A stretch of DNA of 64,000 nucleotides, taken from sequence record MW250785; one strand, given 5' to 3'. How positions within the stretch are numbered: the first letter of the stretch is position 1; every line of letters starts with the position of its first letter. The stretch comes from Escherichia phage UPEC03. The notes beneath the pieces are model-generated. The model worked only from the letters and a program-made list of their open reading frames with translations. It searched no databases and was not told where the DNA came from. Shown here piece after piece: positions 34,604 to 43,019 of the stretch. Made by a program: the position numbers and the translations under genes.

Positions 34604-35666
34604 GTCCCGTGAAAGCTACAACGATTTGATAGTGGTCATCGAAGAATTCCCCTTGTCGTTGTACGACCTCATGTAAGGGCATCCAGAACGCCTCTAACGC
34701 ATCGTCAGAACCGCCCATAATGCGGGGCAGACTACCATCATTGTTAGGCTCTAACTTGATGTACTGCGCCACAGTCGGTTTTGAGAAGTGTACGGAACGC
34801 TTCGGATGATCGAACAACATCGAATTGCGGATTGAACCACGGATAACCTTTTCAGGAACCTTGATCCGTACCTCTTCGAGCAGTTCGCGGATCGCACAAT
34901 CCAGGAACGTTTCATTTGCGTTTTTGTGTCCGCCGGGAAGGGCTAACGCGTCTTTACCTGGGGCGAACTTACGACGAATTACCAGCAGGTGATTGTTGCA
35001 CACAACCACACTATCACCCGTGCAACAGTTTAGCGCGTCGGGGTATGGGTAGTTTTTGAATTTCTCCAATTCGCTTTCCCATTTCTCGTATTCGTAGAAT
35101 AAACGCCAGAACGTGTCTTCCATCATCCATTTGTCGATATAATCAACGGTTGCTTGAGGAACAAAGCGCAACAGTTTCTTATCCCACCCGTTTTTATGGT
35201 TAAAGATAATCGGACGCAGATCGGTTGCTGATAGATCCTTGCCGTTAATCTGGACAGGTGGAACTGGTACGTGTGTCCATCCGAACGCTTTAAGCCAGTA
35301 TGAACCTGCATCTTTTTCGTAACCGTAGATAGCGATTTTGTCGCCTTTGGTTTCCCTGATAGCAGTACGAACAGAGGTTTTCCATTTCTCTTCGTTGTAA
35401 AGATAATCTGGAATGTGCTCAAACTGAACACGAACAACATCTTCGATCGGGAAGTTAGCGTTTAACCATGAGAAGATCATGGTTTGACGCTCACGCGCCG
35501 TCAGCGGGTTTAAAACGTTAGGGTAAGCATATGCTGAACCCAGAAGGATGTAAACGATCTTTGCTTCTCCGAGTGCTTTACGCACCATTGCTGCATGACC
35601 ATTATGGAAGGGTTGGAATCTGCCAATTACGACAGCTTTATCAAATTGTTTCATAACGTGCTCCAC
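34599..35666 (-). CDS. bifunctional NMN adenylyltransferase / Nudix hydrolase (NatV/NadM-like)
   Basis: 355 aa; HxGH motif GRFQPFHNGH at the N-terminus; C-terminal Nudix box GGHKNANETFLDCAIRELLEEV. Confidence 0.8.
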   Translation of the reverse strand: MEHVMKQFDKAVVIGRFQPFHNGHAAMVRKALGEAKIVYILLGSAYAYPNVLNPLTARERQTMIFSWLNANFPIEDVVRVQFEHIPDYLYNEEKWKTSVRTAIRETKGDKIAIYGYEKDAGSYWLKAFGWTHVPVPPVQINGKDLSATDLRPIIFNHKNGWDKKLLRFVPQATVDYIDKWMMEDTFWRLFYEYEKWESELEKFKNYPYPDALNCCTGDSVVVCNNHLLVIRRKFAPGKDALALPGGHKNANETFLDCAIRELLEEVRIKVPEKVIRGSIRNSMLFDHPKRSVHFSKPTVAQYIKLEPNNDGSLPRIMGGSDDALEAFWMPLHEVVQRQGEFFDDHYQIVVAFTGL

Positions 35667-35679
35667 GTTTAAAGGTTAA

Positions 35680-35778
35680 TCATAAAACAGACGCAATCAC
35701 CAATACACCAAGAAAACCGCCAATAAAGCCGAAGAATAGCGAAATGAAGATAGTAAGGATGATCTGTTTTATGTTCAT
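35680..35778 (-). CDS. small hydrophobic peptide (32 aa)
   Basis: hand-found ORF MNIKQIILTIFISLFFGFIGGFLGVLVIASVL. Confidence 0.3.
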   Translation of the reverse strand: MNIKQIILTIFISLFFGFIGGFLGVLVIASVL

Positions 35779-35794
35779 TGTAGTATTCTCGTTC

Positions 35795-35818
35795 GGAGAA
35801 AGCCCCCGCTCTGGGGGC
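35795..35818 (-). terminator. terminator after the SPFH gene
   Basis: agccccc-agagc-gggggct hairpin with T-run on the minus strand. Confidence 0.55.
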
Positions 35819-35827
35819 TTTAAACCC

Positions 35828-36754
35828 TTATTTACGAGAATCGAAAATCACTTTACCAGCGTAATCAGAACCCATGACAGTTTGAGGTACACCGCCCTGA
35901 TATTTTTCCGCGATGGTCTGCTGAACATCAAGTTCTTTCCAGCGAATCATTTCTGGTGTAATGGTACGCTGCAACACGGCGTTCGCTTCGGCTTCTTTCT
36001 TAGCCGCATACAGACGGGCATCAGCATCACGCTCGTTAGCCTGTGCAGCATTGCTACGGGCTTCTTTATCGGCAATTGCCTGAACAACTGCCTGTTGAGC
36101 GATTTGCTCTTTACGTGCCAGTTCTGCTTTCTCTGCGTTCACCTGTTCTTCACGAATTTTCGTGTTTTCAACCTGCTTCTTGATCGCTTCCGGCAGGTCG
36201 ATATCCTGCAAGAATACCTGTTTCACGGTGTAACCGTAAGGGCGGGCATACTCTTCAACTTCCTGCTGGATCGCGATCTGTAGCTGGCTTTGAACTTCTG
36301 CATTATACAGATCCTGTGCTTTCGGTACAGATTTACCGAACTCACGGACAGTTGACAGAAGTTTTTCAGTCACATATTTATCCAGCGCCTGATCCTGACT
36401 ACCCGCATTGATACGGTTGATCGGGGCTTTGCTACCATCGAACTGTAACATCACGGTCATATCCACAGTGGATTTGAATTTATCCTGGGACGGAACCTGC
36501 AATTTGTCAAACTTCATTGCGATGTCTTTGGTGTTGAACACCTCGAAATCAGCCAGTGGATTTACCAGGTGGAAACCAGGCAGAACAGGCTTCGGTGAAA
36601 CTTTACCCATGAAGGTTTGAGTTTTTACCGTACCATCCTGAACGATAGTGTACGAGTTCGGAACCAGCCACAGAGCGGCGATTACGCCCAGAGCGATCAG
36701 TGTGGTTTTCTTCGGGTTGTTTACGATAGTGTTTAAGTTCATCATTATTTCCAT
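35828..36754 (-). CDS. SPFH/band-7 (prohibitin/HflC-like) membrane protein
   Basis: N-terminal TM helix, SPFH-like core, Ala/Gln/Glu-rich coiled coil; exact start uncertain (ATG at 36754, 36745 or 36742). Confidence 0.65.
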   Translation of the reverse strand: MEIMMNLNTIVNNPKKTTLIALGVIAALWLVPNSYTIVQDGTVKTQTFMGKVSPKPVLPGFHLVNPLADFEVFNTKDIAMKFDKLQVPSQDKFKSTVDMTVMLQFDGSKAPINRINAGSQDQALDKYVTEKLLSTVREFGKSVPKAQDLYNAEVQSQLQIAIQQEVEEYARPYGYTVKQVFLQDIDLPEAIKKQVENTKIREEQVNAEKAELARKEQIAQQAVVQAIADKEARSNAAQANERDADARLYAAKKEAEANAVLQRTITPEMIRWKELDVQQTIAEKYQGGVPQTVMGSDYAGKVIFDSRK

Positions 36755-36815
36755 TGGGTTTATGTTTCAATTCGATAGTTATTCTATCATCACTTTTTCG
36801 CTTGTCAAACTCTTT

Positions 36816-37205
36816 TTAAGAAAGTTTTGTCAGCTTGTAAATCGTTTGATAGCACAAGCCTTTGATCTCGTCCAGGACGTTCTTCAATGAACTATCTACT
36901 GAATCATAGATTTCGTTGGCTTCATCGGCTATTTTACGGAGATACGCGACCGTGTCAAGCACATTTTCTGTTTTTAATACGGGTTTGTATCGACCAGTAA
37001 TGCCTATATGGATTTCGGTGAATTTATCAACCAAATCCTGCATATCTTCGTAAAACCCTTCAAATGCTTTATGCTGTGAATATGAACCAGTCGCAAAATG
37101 TGCGCTGTGCATATAGGTTACAGACATTAAGCAAGTGCCAATAAAGGCATCAATTTTACTCGCGGTATCGCGTTCTGTTACTTCGTTAAACGTCTGCATC
37201 TTCAT
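36816..37205 (-). CDS. hypothetical protein
   Basis: 129-aa ORF. Confidence 0.5.
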   Translation of the reverse strand: MKMQTFNEVTERDTASKIDAFIGTCLMSVTYMHSAHFATGSYSQHKAFEGFYEDMQDLVDKFTEIHIGITGRYKPVLKTENVLDTVAYLRKIADEANEIYDSVDSSLKNVLDEIKGLCYQTIYKLTKLS

Positions 37206-37208
37206 CCC

Positions 37209-37499
37209 TTATGAACGATGAATAGCGGCGAATTCACTTGCAACCCGTAGCCCTAAACGTTTACATTCGGGTTCGGATTTACATTGCTTCTGCTGCCATT
37301 TTCGTTCCATGTAATTATAGAATAGTTCACTGATATTTACGCTGGGAGGGATGGTGTCAAGATATACCTGTAGCGCCGCATTGATATAGTAATCGAACTC
37401 TTTGGCGACTACTGACCTATCATCAGCATGTGATGACGGAGACAAGATTAACAAACCAAACATCAGCGCTTTAGATATGCGTTTAATGTTCATAAGCAA
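37209..37499 (-). CDS. hypothetical secreted protein
   Basis: predicted signal peptide (MFGLLILSPSSHA). Confidence 0.5.
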   Translation of the reverse strand: MLMNIKRISKALMFGLLILSPSSHADDRSVVAKEFDYYINAALQVYLDTIPPSVNISELFYNYMERKWQQKQCKSEPECKRLGLRVASEFAAIHRS

Positions 37500-37558
37500 T
37501 TCTCTACGTGCTTACGGATCAACAATAGATCCGTTCCTGTATATATTTATAGCAAAAA

Positions 37559-37576
37559 AGGGGCGATTCGCCCCTT
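37559..37576 (-). terminator. rho-independent terminator
   Basis: ggggcg-attc-gcccc hairpin with T-run on the minus strand. Confidence 0.6.
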
Positions 37577-37600
37577 ATGTAAAATTAGTCTAAAAATACA

Positions 37601-37993
37601 TCAAGTTATCTCATACCAGCATAAGCTACGCTCAAAAGCGCGGATCTTATTTGCGTTCTCGATATTTTCATCCCATCCAATCACGCCAGCTTTCATCCGG
37701 CGTAACTCCTGACGCATTTTAGCGCGTACTTTCGAATCAATCTTTTTGACTGCGATTGAAAGCATCGCGGAGATATCACGATGAGCTTTGTTACCGTCGC
37801 GATTCAGGTTTTTATCGAACCGGATATATGCACAACCTGATTTGTGTTTCCAGTTGGTTGAGTACCAACGAATACCATCAGGGCTTTCTCCGTGCTGTGC
37901 ATAATACTGTGAAAATGCTTTTGTCTCTTCGATTTGTTCGATAGAGGACTTATCACGGACTGGAACATATTTCTTACGGTAAGTACGGCTCAT
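37601..37993 (-). CDS. hypothetical protein
   Basis: 130-aa basic ORF. Confidence 0.5.
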   Translation of the reverse strand: MSRTYRKKYVPVRDKSSIEQIEETKAFSQYYAQHGESPDGIRWYSTNWKHKSGCAYIRFDKNLNRDGNKAHRDISAMLSIAVKKIDSKVRAKMRQELRRMKAGVIGWDENIENANKIRAFERSLCWYEIT

Positions 37994-38023
37994 AGTGTTC
38001 TCCTTTGTTTGTCTGAATACACC

Positions 38024-38608
38024 TTAACAGTTCAGACCAACATTATCAAGAAGTTTTTCGTGATAATGTTTGCGACAGAGCGAAACGTATTTGTCTTCGG
38101 CTCCGATCTCAACCTGCGCCCCTTCGGTTACGAAGTTGCCTTGTGCGTCGATACGTGCAACCGTAGTTGCTTTACGCCCACAGTGACACATTCCGCGCAG
38201 TTCTCGGATCTCGTCTGCCCAGGCCAGCAACCAGTAAGAACCCTCGAACAGATTCAACTGAAAATCAGTACGCAGACCGTAAGCCATTACAGGGATTTCG
38301 AGTTCATCAACAACGCGACATAGATCGAAAACGTTTTTCTTCGAAAGGAATTGCGCCTCGTCAACGAAGATGCAAGCAATTTTATTCCGGCGCTGAATGT
38401 CCCAGAACAGATCCATATCAGGCGCAATCAATTCACACTTTTCGTTCAGCCCGATACGCGAACTCACTGTGTTTGATGTGCGGGTGTCGATTGCTGGCTT
38501 ATAGATTACAACTCGCATACCGCGCTCTTTGTAATTGTGCGCGTCCGTCAATAGTCGCGCACTTTTGCCAGCGTTCATGGATGCATAGTGATAATACAAT
38601 TTAGCCAT
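38024..38608 (-). CDS. tk: thymidine kinase
   Basis: P-loop ASMNAGKSA; motifs VDEAQF, YGLRTDF, CHCG..., SLCRKHY; start at internal ATG 38608. Confidence 0.85.
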   Translation of the reverse strand: MAKLYYHYASMNAGKSARLLTDAHNYKERGMRVVIYKPAIDTRTSNTVSSRIGLNEKCELIAPDMDLFWDIQRRNKIACIFVDEAQFLSKKNVFDLCRVVDELEIPVMAYGLRTDFQLNLFEGSYWLLAWADEIRELRGMCHCGRKATTVARIDAQGNFVTEGAQVEIGAEDKYVSLCRKHYHEKLLDNVGLNC

Positions 38609-38882
38609 TGACACGCTCCACAAACTTAATATGATTCTGGAATTTGCCCTCACCTTCATGGTTTTTGCATGTTTTGTTTGAACAGTATATCCACCAATCC
38701 CACTCGTCGTAAGGGGGTTTGTCAATGTTCATGACGCAAATCAAAGGAAAATGACAATCCCGACAACGAACTTTTTCTATAATGTGTGCGTTAGCCAATT
38801 GAAAACCATCCTTTACCCATGAGTTTTTCATTATGTCGCGCAAGATGCTCTTTGATTTCCGGTATCTGGATAGCAATATCAT
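38601..38882 (-). CDS. hypothetical Cys-rich protein
   Basis: ORF with CRDCHFP...CSNKTCKNH; start uncertain. Confidence 0.45.
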   Translation of the reverse strand: MILLSRYRKSKSILRDIMKNSWVKDGFQLANAHIIEKVRCRDCHFPLICVMNIDKPPYDEWDWWIYCSNKTCKNHEGEGKFQNHIKFVERVNG

Positions 38883-39006
38883 ACTCTTCTTTCGTCATAG
38901 TATGATTTGCGCAACCCATACACCCGCACACCTGCGCGTTACACCAACGGAGTGTTCCGTATGTCGCAATCACCTTCATTGCTTTAGCTTTGATTTTGTC
39001 AGTCAT
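38791..39006 (-). CDS. hypothetical Cys-rich protein
   Basis: 71 aa with WCNAQVCGCMGCANH. Confidence 0.45.
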   Translation of the reverse strand: MTDKIKAKAMKVIATYGTLRWCNAQVCGCMGCANHTMTKEEYDIAIQIPEIKEHLARHNEKLMGKGWFSIG

Positions 39007-39211
39007 GATTAGCTCGCTCCACCGCTACCGCATCACGAACAGCATCGGTGATTTCATTTTCAACGAAATCCAGGATATCCGCTGTAATATCGTCGATACA
39101 GGATTGATTGTAGTTACGTGAATCAGGATCATCATCTTCGGCATAATCCTGATACGCTTCGCCCAGTTGTTTCAGCTTGTGTTTTAACAGCTTTTGTTCT
39201 TGCGGTCTCAT
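38999..39211 (-). CDS. hypothetical acidic protein
   Basis: 70-aa ORF. Confidence 0.45.
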   Translation of the reverse strand: MRPQEQKLLKHKLKQLGEAYQDYAEDDDPDSRNYNQSCIDDITADILDFVENEITDAVRDAVAVERANHD

Positions 39212-39705
39212 GATAAATCCGCCTTATGTGGATCAACCGATGGATCGAAGTGAACAACGATGATTGGATAATCACCCGTACACTCGTCGATAATGGCGCT
39301 AATACGCAACCAATCGCCACCAGCAAGCCCCGCACCGATAAGAGGGGTAATGATAGGCAATTTTTCAGGAAACGCACTGGCGCGTTCTACGGCGCTCACA
39401 AAGCATGATCGGATTGCGTCATAATCCACTTGCGGGCCAGTACCCCAGAATTTAAACTGAGTGTAGGCATTGAAGACAATCTGACCTTCTTCCGTCATGT
39501 AGATGGAGTTAGTGCCTAACTTACGCTGGTCTCCTTTCATCGTCAATGCATCAATTTTGAACGCACCAGGGATTTTGTGCTTCACTTCTTTAGCAATACC
39601 CGCACCCATGTTGCAATAACAGTTACACCCATGAATCAAGTGTACTTTTCGTTTCAGGAACAACTCTACAGCGTTCCCTTTGATTTCTTTAATAATCATT
39701 TTCAT
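39208..39705 (-). CDS. macro-domain protein (ADP-ribose binding/processing)
   Basis: glycine-rich macro motifs NMGAGIAK and IGAGLAGGDW; ATG at 39705 preferred over the track GTG start. Confidence 0.65.
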   Translation of the reverse strand: MKMIIKEIKGNAVELFLKRKVHLIHGCNCYCNMGAGIAKEVKHKIPGAFKIDALTMKGDQRKLGTNSIYMTEEGQIVFNAYTQFKFWGTGPQVDYDAIRSCFVSAVERASAFPEKLPIITPLIGAGLAGGDWLRISAIIDECTGDYPIIVVHFDPSVDPHKADLS

Positions 39706-39787
39706 CACCTGTATAGTGGCGGTAAGCCAGCACAGCCAGCCCCGCGATCACAACAATAACACACATTAAGATATAACCTGTGTTCAT
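39689..39787 (-). CDS. small TM peptide (32 aa)
   Basis: hand-found ORF MNTGYILMCVIVVIAGLAVLAYRHYTGDENDY, ATGA-coupled on both sides. Confidence 0.35.
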   Translation of the reverse strand: MNTGYILMCVIVVIAGLAVLAYRHYTGDENDY

Positions 39788-39930
39788 TTAAATTGGTCAT
39801 CCCATCTTTGCCACGCTTCCAACTCGTCATCATATACAGGGAACGAGCTTTCGTTTGGCTTTTTAACGTAATACCAGATAATGATTGCAGCAGCAATCAC
39901 ACACCCATAAAAGATCACTAATCCCAACAT
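39784..39930 (-). CDS. small TM peptide (48 aa)
   Basis: hand-found ORF MLGLVIFYGCVIAAAIIIWYYVKK..., ATGA-coupled to both neighbours. Confidence 0.4.
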   Translation of the reverse strand: MLGLVIFYGCVIAAAIIIWYYVKKPNESSFPVYDDELEAWQRWDDQFK

Positions 39931-40250
39931 CAGTATAATCCTATACCAGCGTTATATTCTTCAACCAGGTAAGTACGGAGTTTTTCACAACGTTCCTTAT
40001 TTGGCGCTTTGGTGCAGAGGTTCATCATCGGTTCAGACTGCAAAAACTCACGCTGTTTAACCAGCTTCTGACGCTTGAAGAGGTGCGCATTTTCTTCGCC
40101 CCATACATAAGCCGCGTCCAGTTGTTCAGCGATTACCTGTTCACATACCGCAACGTCTTTAATGTCACGATTATTGCAGAGTTCAGCCAGTCGATCATCA
40201 GCATGAGCAAAGCCAGCAAACAGAGTGAGTAACAGCGCAAGTTTTTTCAT
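39930..40250 (-). CDS. hypothetical secreted protein
   Basis: signal peptide MKKLALLLTLFAGFAHA. Confidence 0.55.
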   Translation of the reverse strand: MKKLALLLTLFAGFAHADDRLAELCNNRDIKDVAVCEQVIAEQLDAAYVWGEENAHLFKRQKLVKQREFLQSEPMMNLCTKAPNKERCEKLRTYLVEEYNAGIGLY

Positions 40251-40259
40251 CGTTTTACC

Positions 40260-40871
40260 TTAGTATGAATCGTTTTCGATAGGGGTATAATAATGGGTTT
40301 CGCAGACATAAGCAAGCACTGATCGCAAACTATCGCTTTCAAATTCTGGCTTTTGATTGAGTTCCAGACTCCAGCCAGTGAAGCACATCCAGCGTTCTTC
40401 TGCAACGTCAAAGGCTAACCAATACATGTTGAACTGTGAACATGTATGTTCGAAGATGTCGAATAGTAGTTTACCGCCGATCGGTTTCACATATGGTTTC
40501 ACGCGTTGAAGCGATTTCAGGACTGTTTCGAGGTTACTGCGATCCTCATTCATCGCGATACGAAGAATATGCTGATTGGTTTCTGGGTTGTATCCATCAA
40601 TCCCCAACCCCATATCCTGGAAGAACTTAGTCGCATCATGGAAAATCTCTCGTCCGCTGTTCGGGGAATTGATGTAAAACTTAATGCGTTGTTTTGGAGT
40701 CATCGCGCGGACACGGGAAGCGGTTTTGTGATCGATCTCTTCTTTGATGTCTTTGCGAGCGTTCAGAAGTTTATTCAGCTTTTCCTGGTAAGGTTTCATT
40801 ACCGCCCTGATCTCGTCGATACGTTCATCAACGATCGCTAACTGCTGTTCCGGTGTCAGTTTAGTTTCCAT
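40260..40871 (-). CDS. hypothetical protein
   Basis: 203-aa ORF. Confidence 0.55.
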   Translation of the reverse strand: METKLTPEQQLAIVDERIDEIRAVMKPYQEKLNKLLNARKDIKEEIDHKTASRVRAMTPKQRIKFYINSPNSGREIFHDATKFFQDMGLGIDGYNPETNQHILRIAMNEDRSNLETVLKSLQRVKPYVKPIGGKLLFDIFEHTCSQFNMYWLAFDVAEERWMCFTGWSLELNQKPEFESDSLRSVLAYVCETHYYTPIENDSY

Positions 40872-40872
40872 G

Positions 40873-41277
40873 TTAAGCCCCTACGCACACAAAGCGATCT
40901 TCAATTGCATCATTAACACATTCGTAAATGCTAACGTCATTCGGGACGTGCTTACGAATACCCACTTTCACGATATCCATGATCTCTTTGTTGCTGCCCC
41001 ACACGTTCAGGTTGAAGTAAACACCGCCGCTATGAATTGTGCTGTTGCCAACATCAAGATACGTATCTTGACTTTCGCAGATAAACAGTTTGCGTTTTTC
41101 TTCTCCGTATGCGAAGTAGATACTGAACGATTCCATACGATGACGATCGACCGTGATGGTTTCCACTTTAACCTTTGGATCTTTGTTCAGTTCATCTAAC
41201 ACACCCTGAATGATGTGCAGCATGTTCGGCTTGATGATAGTCGGATGACTGGTGATAACTCGATGTGATGTGCTCAT
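40873..41277 (-). CDS. hypothetical protein
   Basis: 134-aa ORF. Confidence 0.55.
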   Translation of the reverse strand: MSTSHRVITSHPTIIKPNMLHIIQGVLDELNKDPKVKVETITVDRHRMESFSIYFAYGEEKRKLFICESQDTYLDVGNSTIHSGGVYFNLNVWGSNKEIMDIVKVGIRKHVPNDVSIYECVNDAIEDRFVCVGA

Positions 41278-41312
41278 AATTTAATCCTCAATAGTTGGTA
41301 CACACATAATAA

Positions 41313-41343
41313 AAAAGCCCCTGCGAAAATGCAAGGGCTTTTT
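41313..41343. terminator. hairpin terminator
   Basis: agcccctgc-gaaaa-tgcaagggct hairpin flanked by A and T runs. Confidence 0.55.
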
Positions 41344-41344
41344 A

Positions 41345-41992
41345 TCAGATAATGCGTTTTTCTTCTAACAGCTTCGCGGTATGGTTAACCATGCGAGCAT
41401 AATCACGGGCTTCTTTCTTTGAATACTTGAACCCCGCGTTGTAACTCGCCAGCGCCTTTTTCAAGTCGCCTTTGTGGTAATCAAGCCAGTATTCCAGTTC
41501 GTGAAGTGCGTACTTGGAACCACCCCGAAGGGTTTCGAGCTTATTGATTACTACGCGTTTGGAATATGATTTATCCATTCGTGCGGACGCGCTACGGGCT
41601 GTTACTTGAAAACAACCATAAGCATGATGATTCTTTTTGCCTTTCCCTACGTTCTCACATGCGCGAGACTCGATCCAGGCAATAGCCGCTAAATGATATC
41701 CCAAACGTTTCGATGTTTCCGATTCAACTGGCTTTGCAGTTTTGAGATCGTATTCGTTACCGATCCTGAAAGCGTACTCCAAAACCTTTTTCTGCTTTGG
41801 TGTAATATCATCCAATTCCTTAACATAGCTGAGGGCATTGGCTGGCGCTTTCTTCATTACTGTTGCTTGTTGTAGCGGTAAAGTTGACTTCACAGAAGGG
41901 AGTGTTTGGATAAACTCTCCTAACGGATCAGTCGCCGCGTTGCCAGAAAAAGAGCATAAGAAAATGCTGGCAGCAAAGATAATTTTCTTCAT
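41345..41992 (-). CDS. lytic transglycosylase (SLT domain) with signal peptide
   Basis: signal peptide MKKIIFAASIFLCSFSGNA; SLT catalytic region AWIESRACEN...YGCFQV; start at internal ATG 41992. Confidence 0.65.
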   Translation of the reverse strand: MKKIIFAASIFLCSFSGNAATDPLGEFIQTLPSVKSTLPLQQATVMKKAPANALSYVKELDDITPKQKKVLEYAFRIGNEYDLKTAKPVESETSKRLGYHLAAIAWIESRACENVGKGKKNHHAYGCFQVTARSASARMDKSYSKRVVINKLETLRGGSKYALHELEYWLDYHKGDLKKALASYNAGFKYSKKEARDYARMVNHTAKLLEEKRII

Positions 41993-42043
41993 TGTAATAC
42001 CTATTTGTAACAAGAGAGGGCTATGATACCCTCGTCTTATTAT

Positions 42044-42613
42044 TTATGCAACGATTTTACGCTGTTTTGCTTCGGTCAGCTTTTTCTCGATGAATTCAGC
42101 AATGTTATAGTTTGAAATTGACGCAATCGGATCGTACAGCGCTATGATTTCATCAAACGATACCCGAACCACATGTTTAAAGTAAACGCTCCAGCTTGTC
42201 GTAAAGATTTCGCTGTGATCAAATCCACAATTAGGACTGAACAAGGCGCGGTATTGGTATCCGCTGTATTTGGTCAGACGGCTTGTGCTGTGCGCGTTAC
42301 TGGTGATGAGGAATTTCCCTGTGTGAGTCTCAACCACGAAGAAATAACCCAGACGTTCTTTGTTGTCCAGCATCGTTTCAAACTTACGATTGTTTTCTTC
42401 GCGCTCAACACGGGTTTCGATCATCTTCCAGACCTGTTCATATTCAGGCCAATCATGCTCGACAACAACCCCTTTTATGGGTTCTTTGCCTTGCTCTTTA
42501 CGATAGCGATCAATTTTATTCACTACCGCAGAGAGAAGCAGTTTGTCGCTATCACTTAACGCCGCATCAATATCCGCATATTTAAGCACTGCATAACGTT
42601 CTTCGCGTTTCAT
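42044..42613 (-). CDS. hypothetical protein
   Basis: 189-aa ORF. Confidence 0.5.
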   Translation of the reverse strand: MKREERYAVLKYADIDAALSDSDKLLLSAVVNKIDRYRKEQGKEPIKGVVVEHDWPEYEQVWKMIETRVEREENNRKFETMLDNKERLGYFFVVETHTGKFLITSNAHSTSRLTKYSGYQYRALFSPNCGFDHSEIFTTSWSVYFKHVVRVSFDEIIALYDPIASISNYNIAEFIEKKLTEAKQRKIVA

Positions 42614-42780
42614 ACTACTACATCCTTATCACAGACTGGACACCGGATCACACGATACACATCACGACCGCCAGTGTAATCAGTAGATACCTTTTCTTTG
42701 ACATCCTGCGCAGTGTATGACAGAACAGCACCACAACGACAGGCAGTTTGTTTTGGGGTAATGCTTACAACTTGAACCAT
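42610..42780 (-). CDS. small zinc-ribbon protein (56 aa)
   Basis: hand-found ORF with CRCG...CPVC, RBS gaggt, ATGA-coupled to the downstream gene. Confidence 0.4.
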   Translation of the reverse strand: MVQVVSITPKQTACRCGAVLSYTAQDVKEKVSTDYTGGRDVYRVIRCPVCDKDVVV

Positions 42781-42787
42781 AATAACC

Positions 42788-42982
42788 TCACAAAAATAGT
42801 TTCACTTCGCTACCGCATTTCGGGCAGACGATATGTTTTTTCACGATGTAATCAGCAGCACGGAAGAAACCGTTGTAGAACACTTCGTTTTTCTTCTGTA
42901 CATCAGACAATTCATACTCTAACCCACTTTTGCAGTTAGCGCAAACGGTAATTAGCTTTGGACTAACAATAACGCTGATCAT
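42788..42982 (-). CDS. small zinc-ribbon protein (64 aa)
   Basis: CANCKSG...CPKCGSE; start at internal ATG 42982 with RBS gaggt. Confidence 0.45.
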   Translation of the reverse strand: MISVIVSPKLITVCANCKSGLEYELSDVQKKNEVFYNGFFRAADYIVKKHIVCPKCGSEVKLFL

Positions 42983-42999
42983 GTATACCTCACGAAAAA

Positions 43000-43015
43000 G
43001 GGGGCCGAAGCCCCC
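43000..43015 (-). terminator. terminator after the PhoH-like gene
   Basis: gggggc-cgaa-gccccc hairpin with T-run on the minus strand. Confidence 0.6.
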
Positions 43016-43019
43016 TTGA

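Noticed and set aside
35744-36283. 179-aa plus-strand ORF opposite the SPFH gene
   Set aside because: Antisense to a gene with a recognisable domain; hydrophobic low-complexity translation typical of a reverse frame.
39705-39896. 63-aa track ORF between the macro gene and the secreted-protein gene
   Set aside because: Replaced by two in-frame-coupled smaller ORFs in a different frame that show ATGA coupling and encode TM helices.
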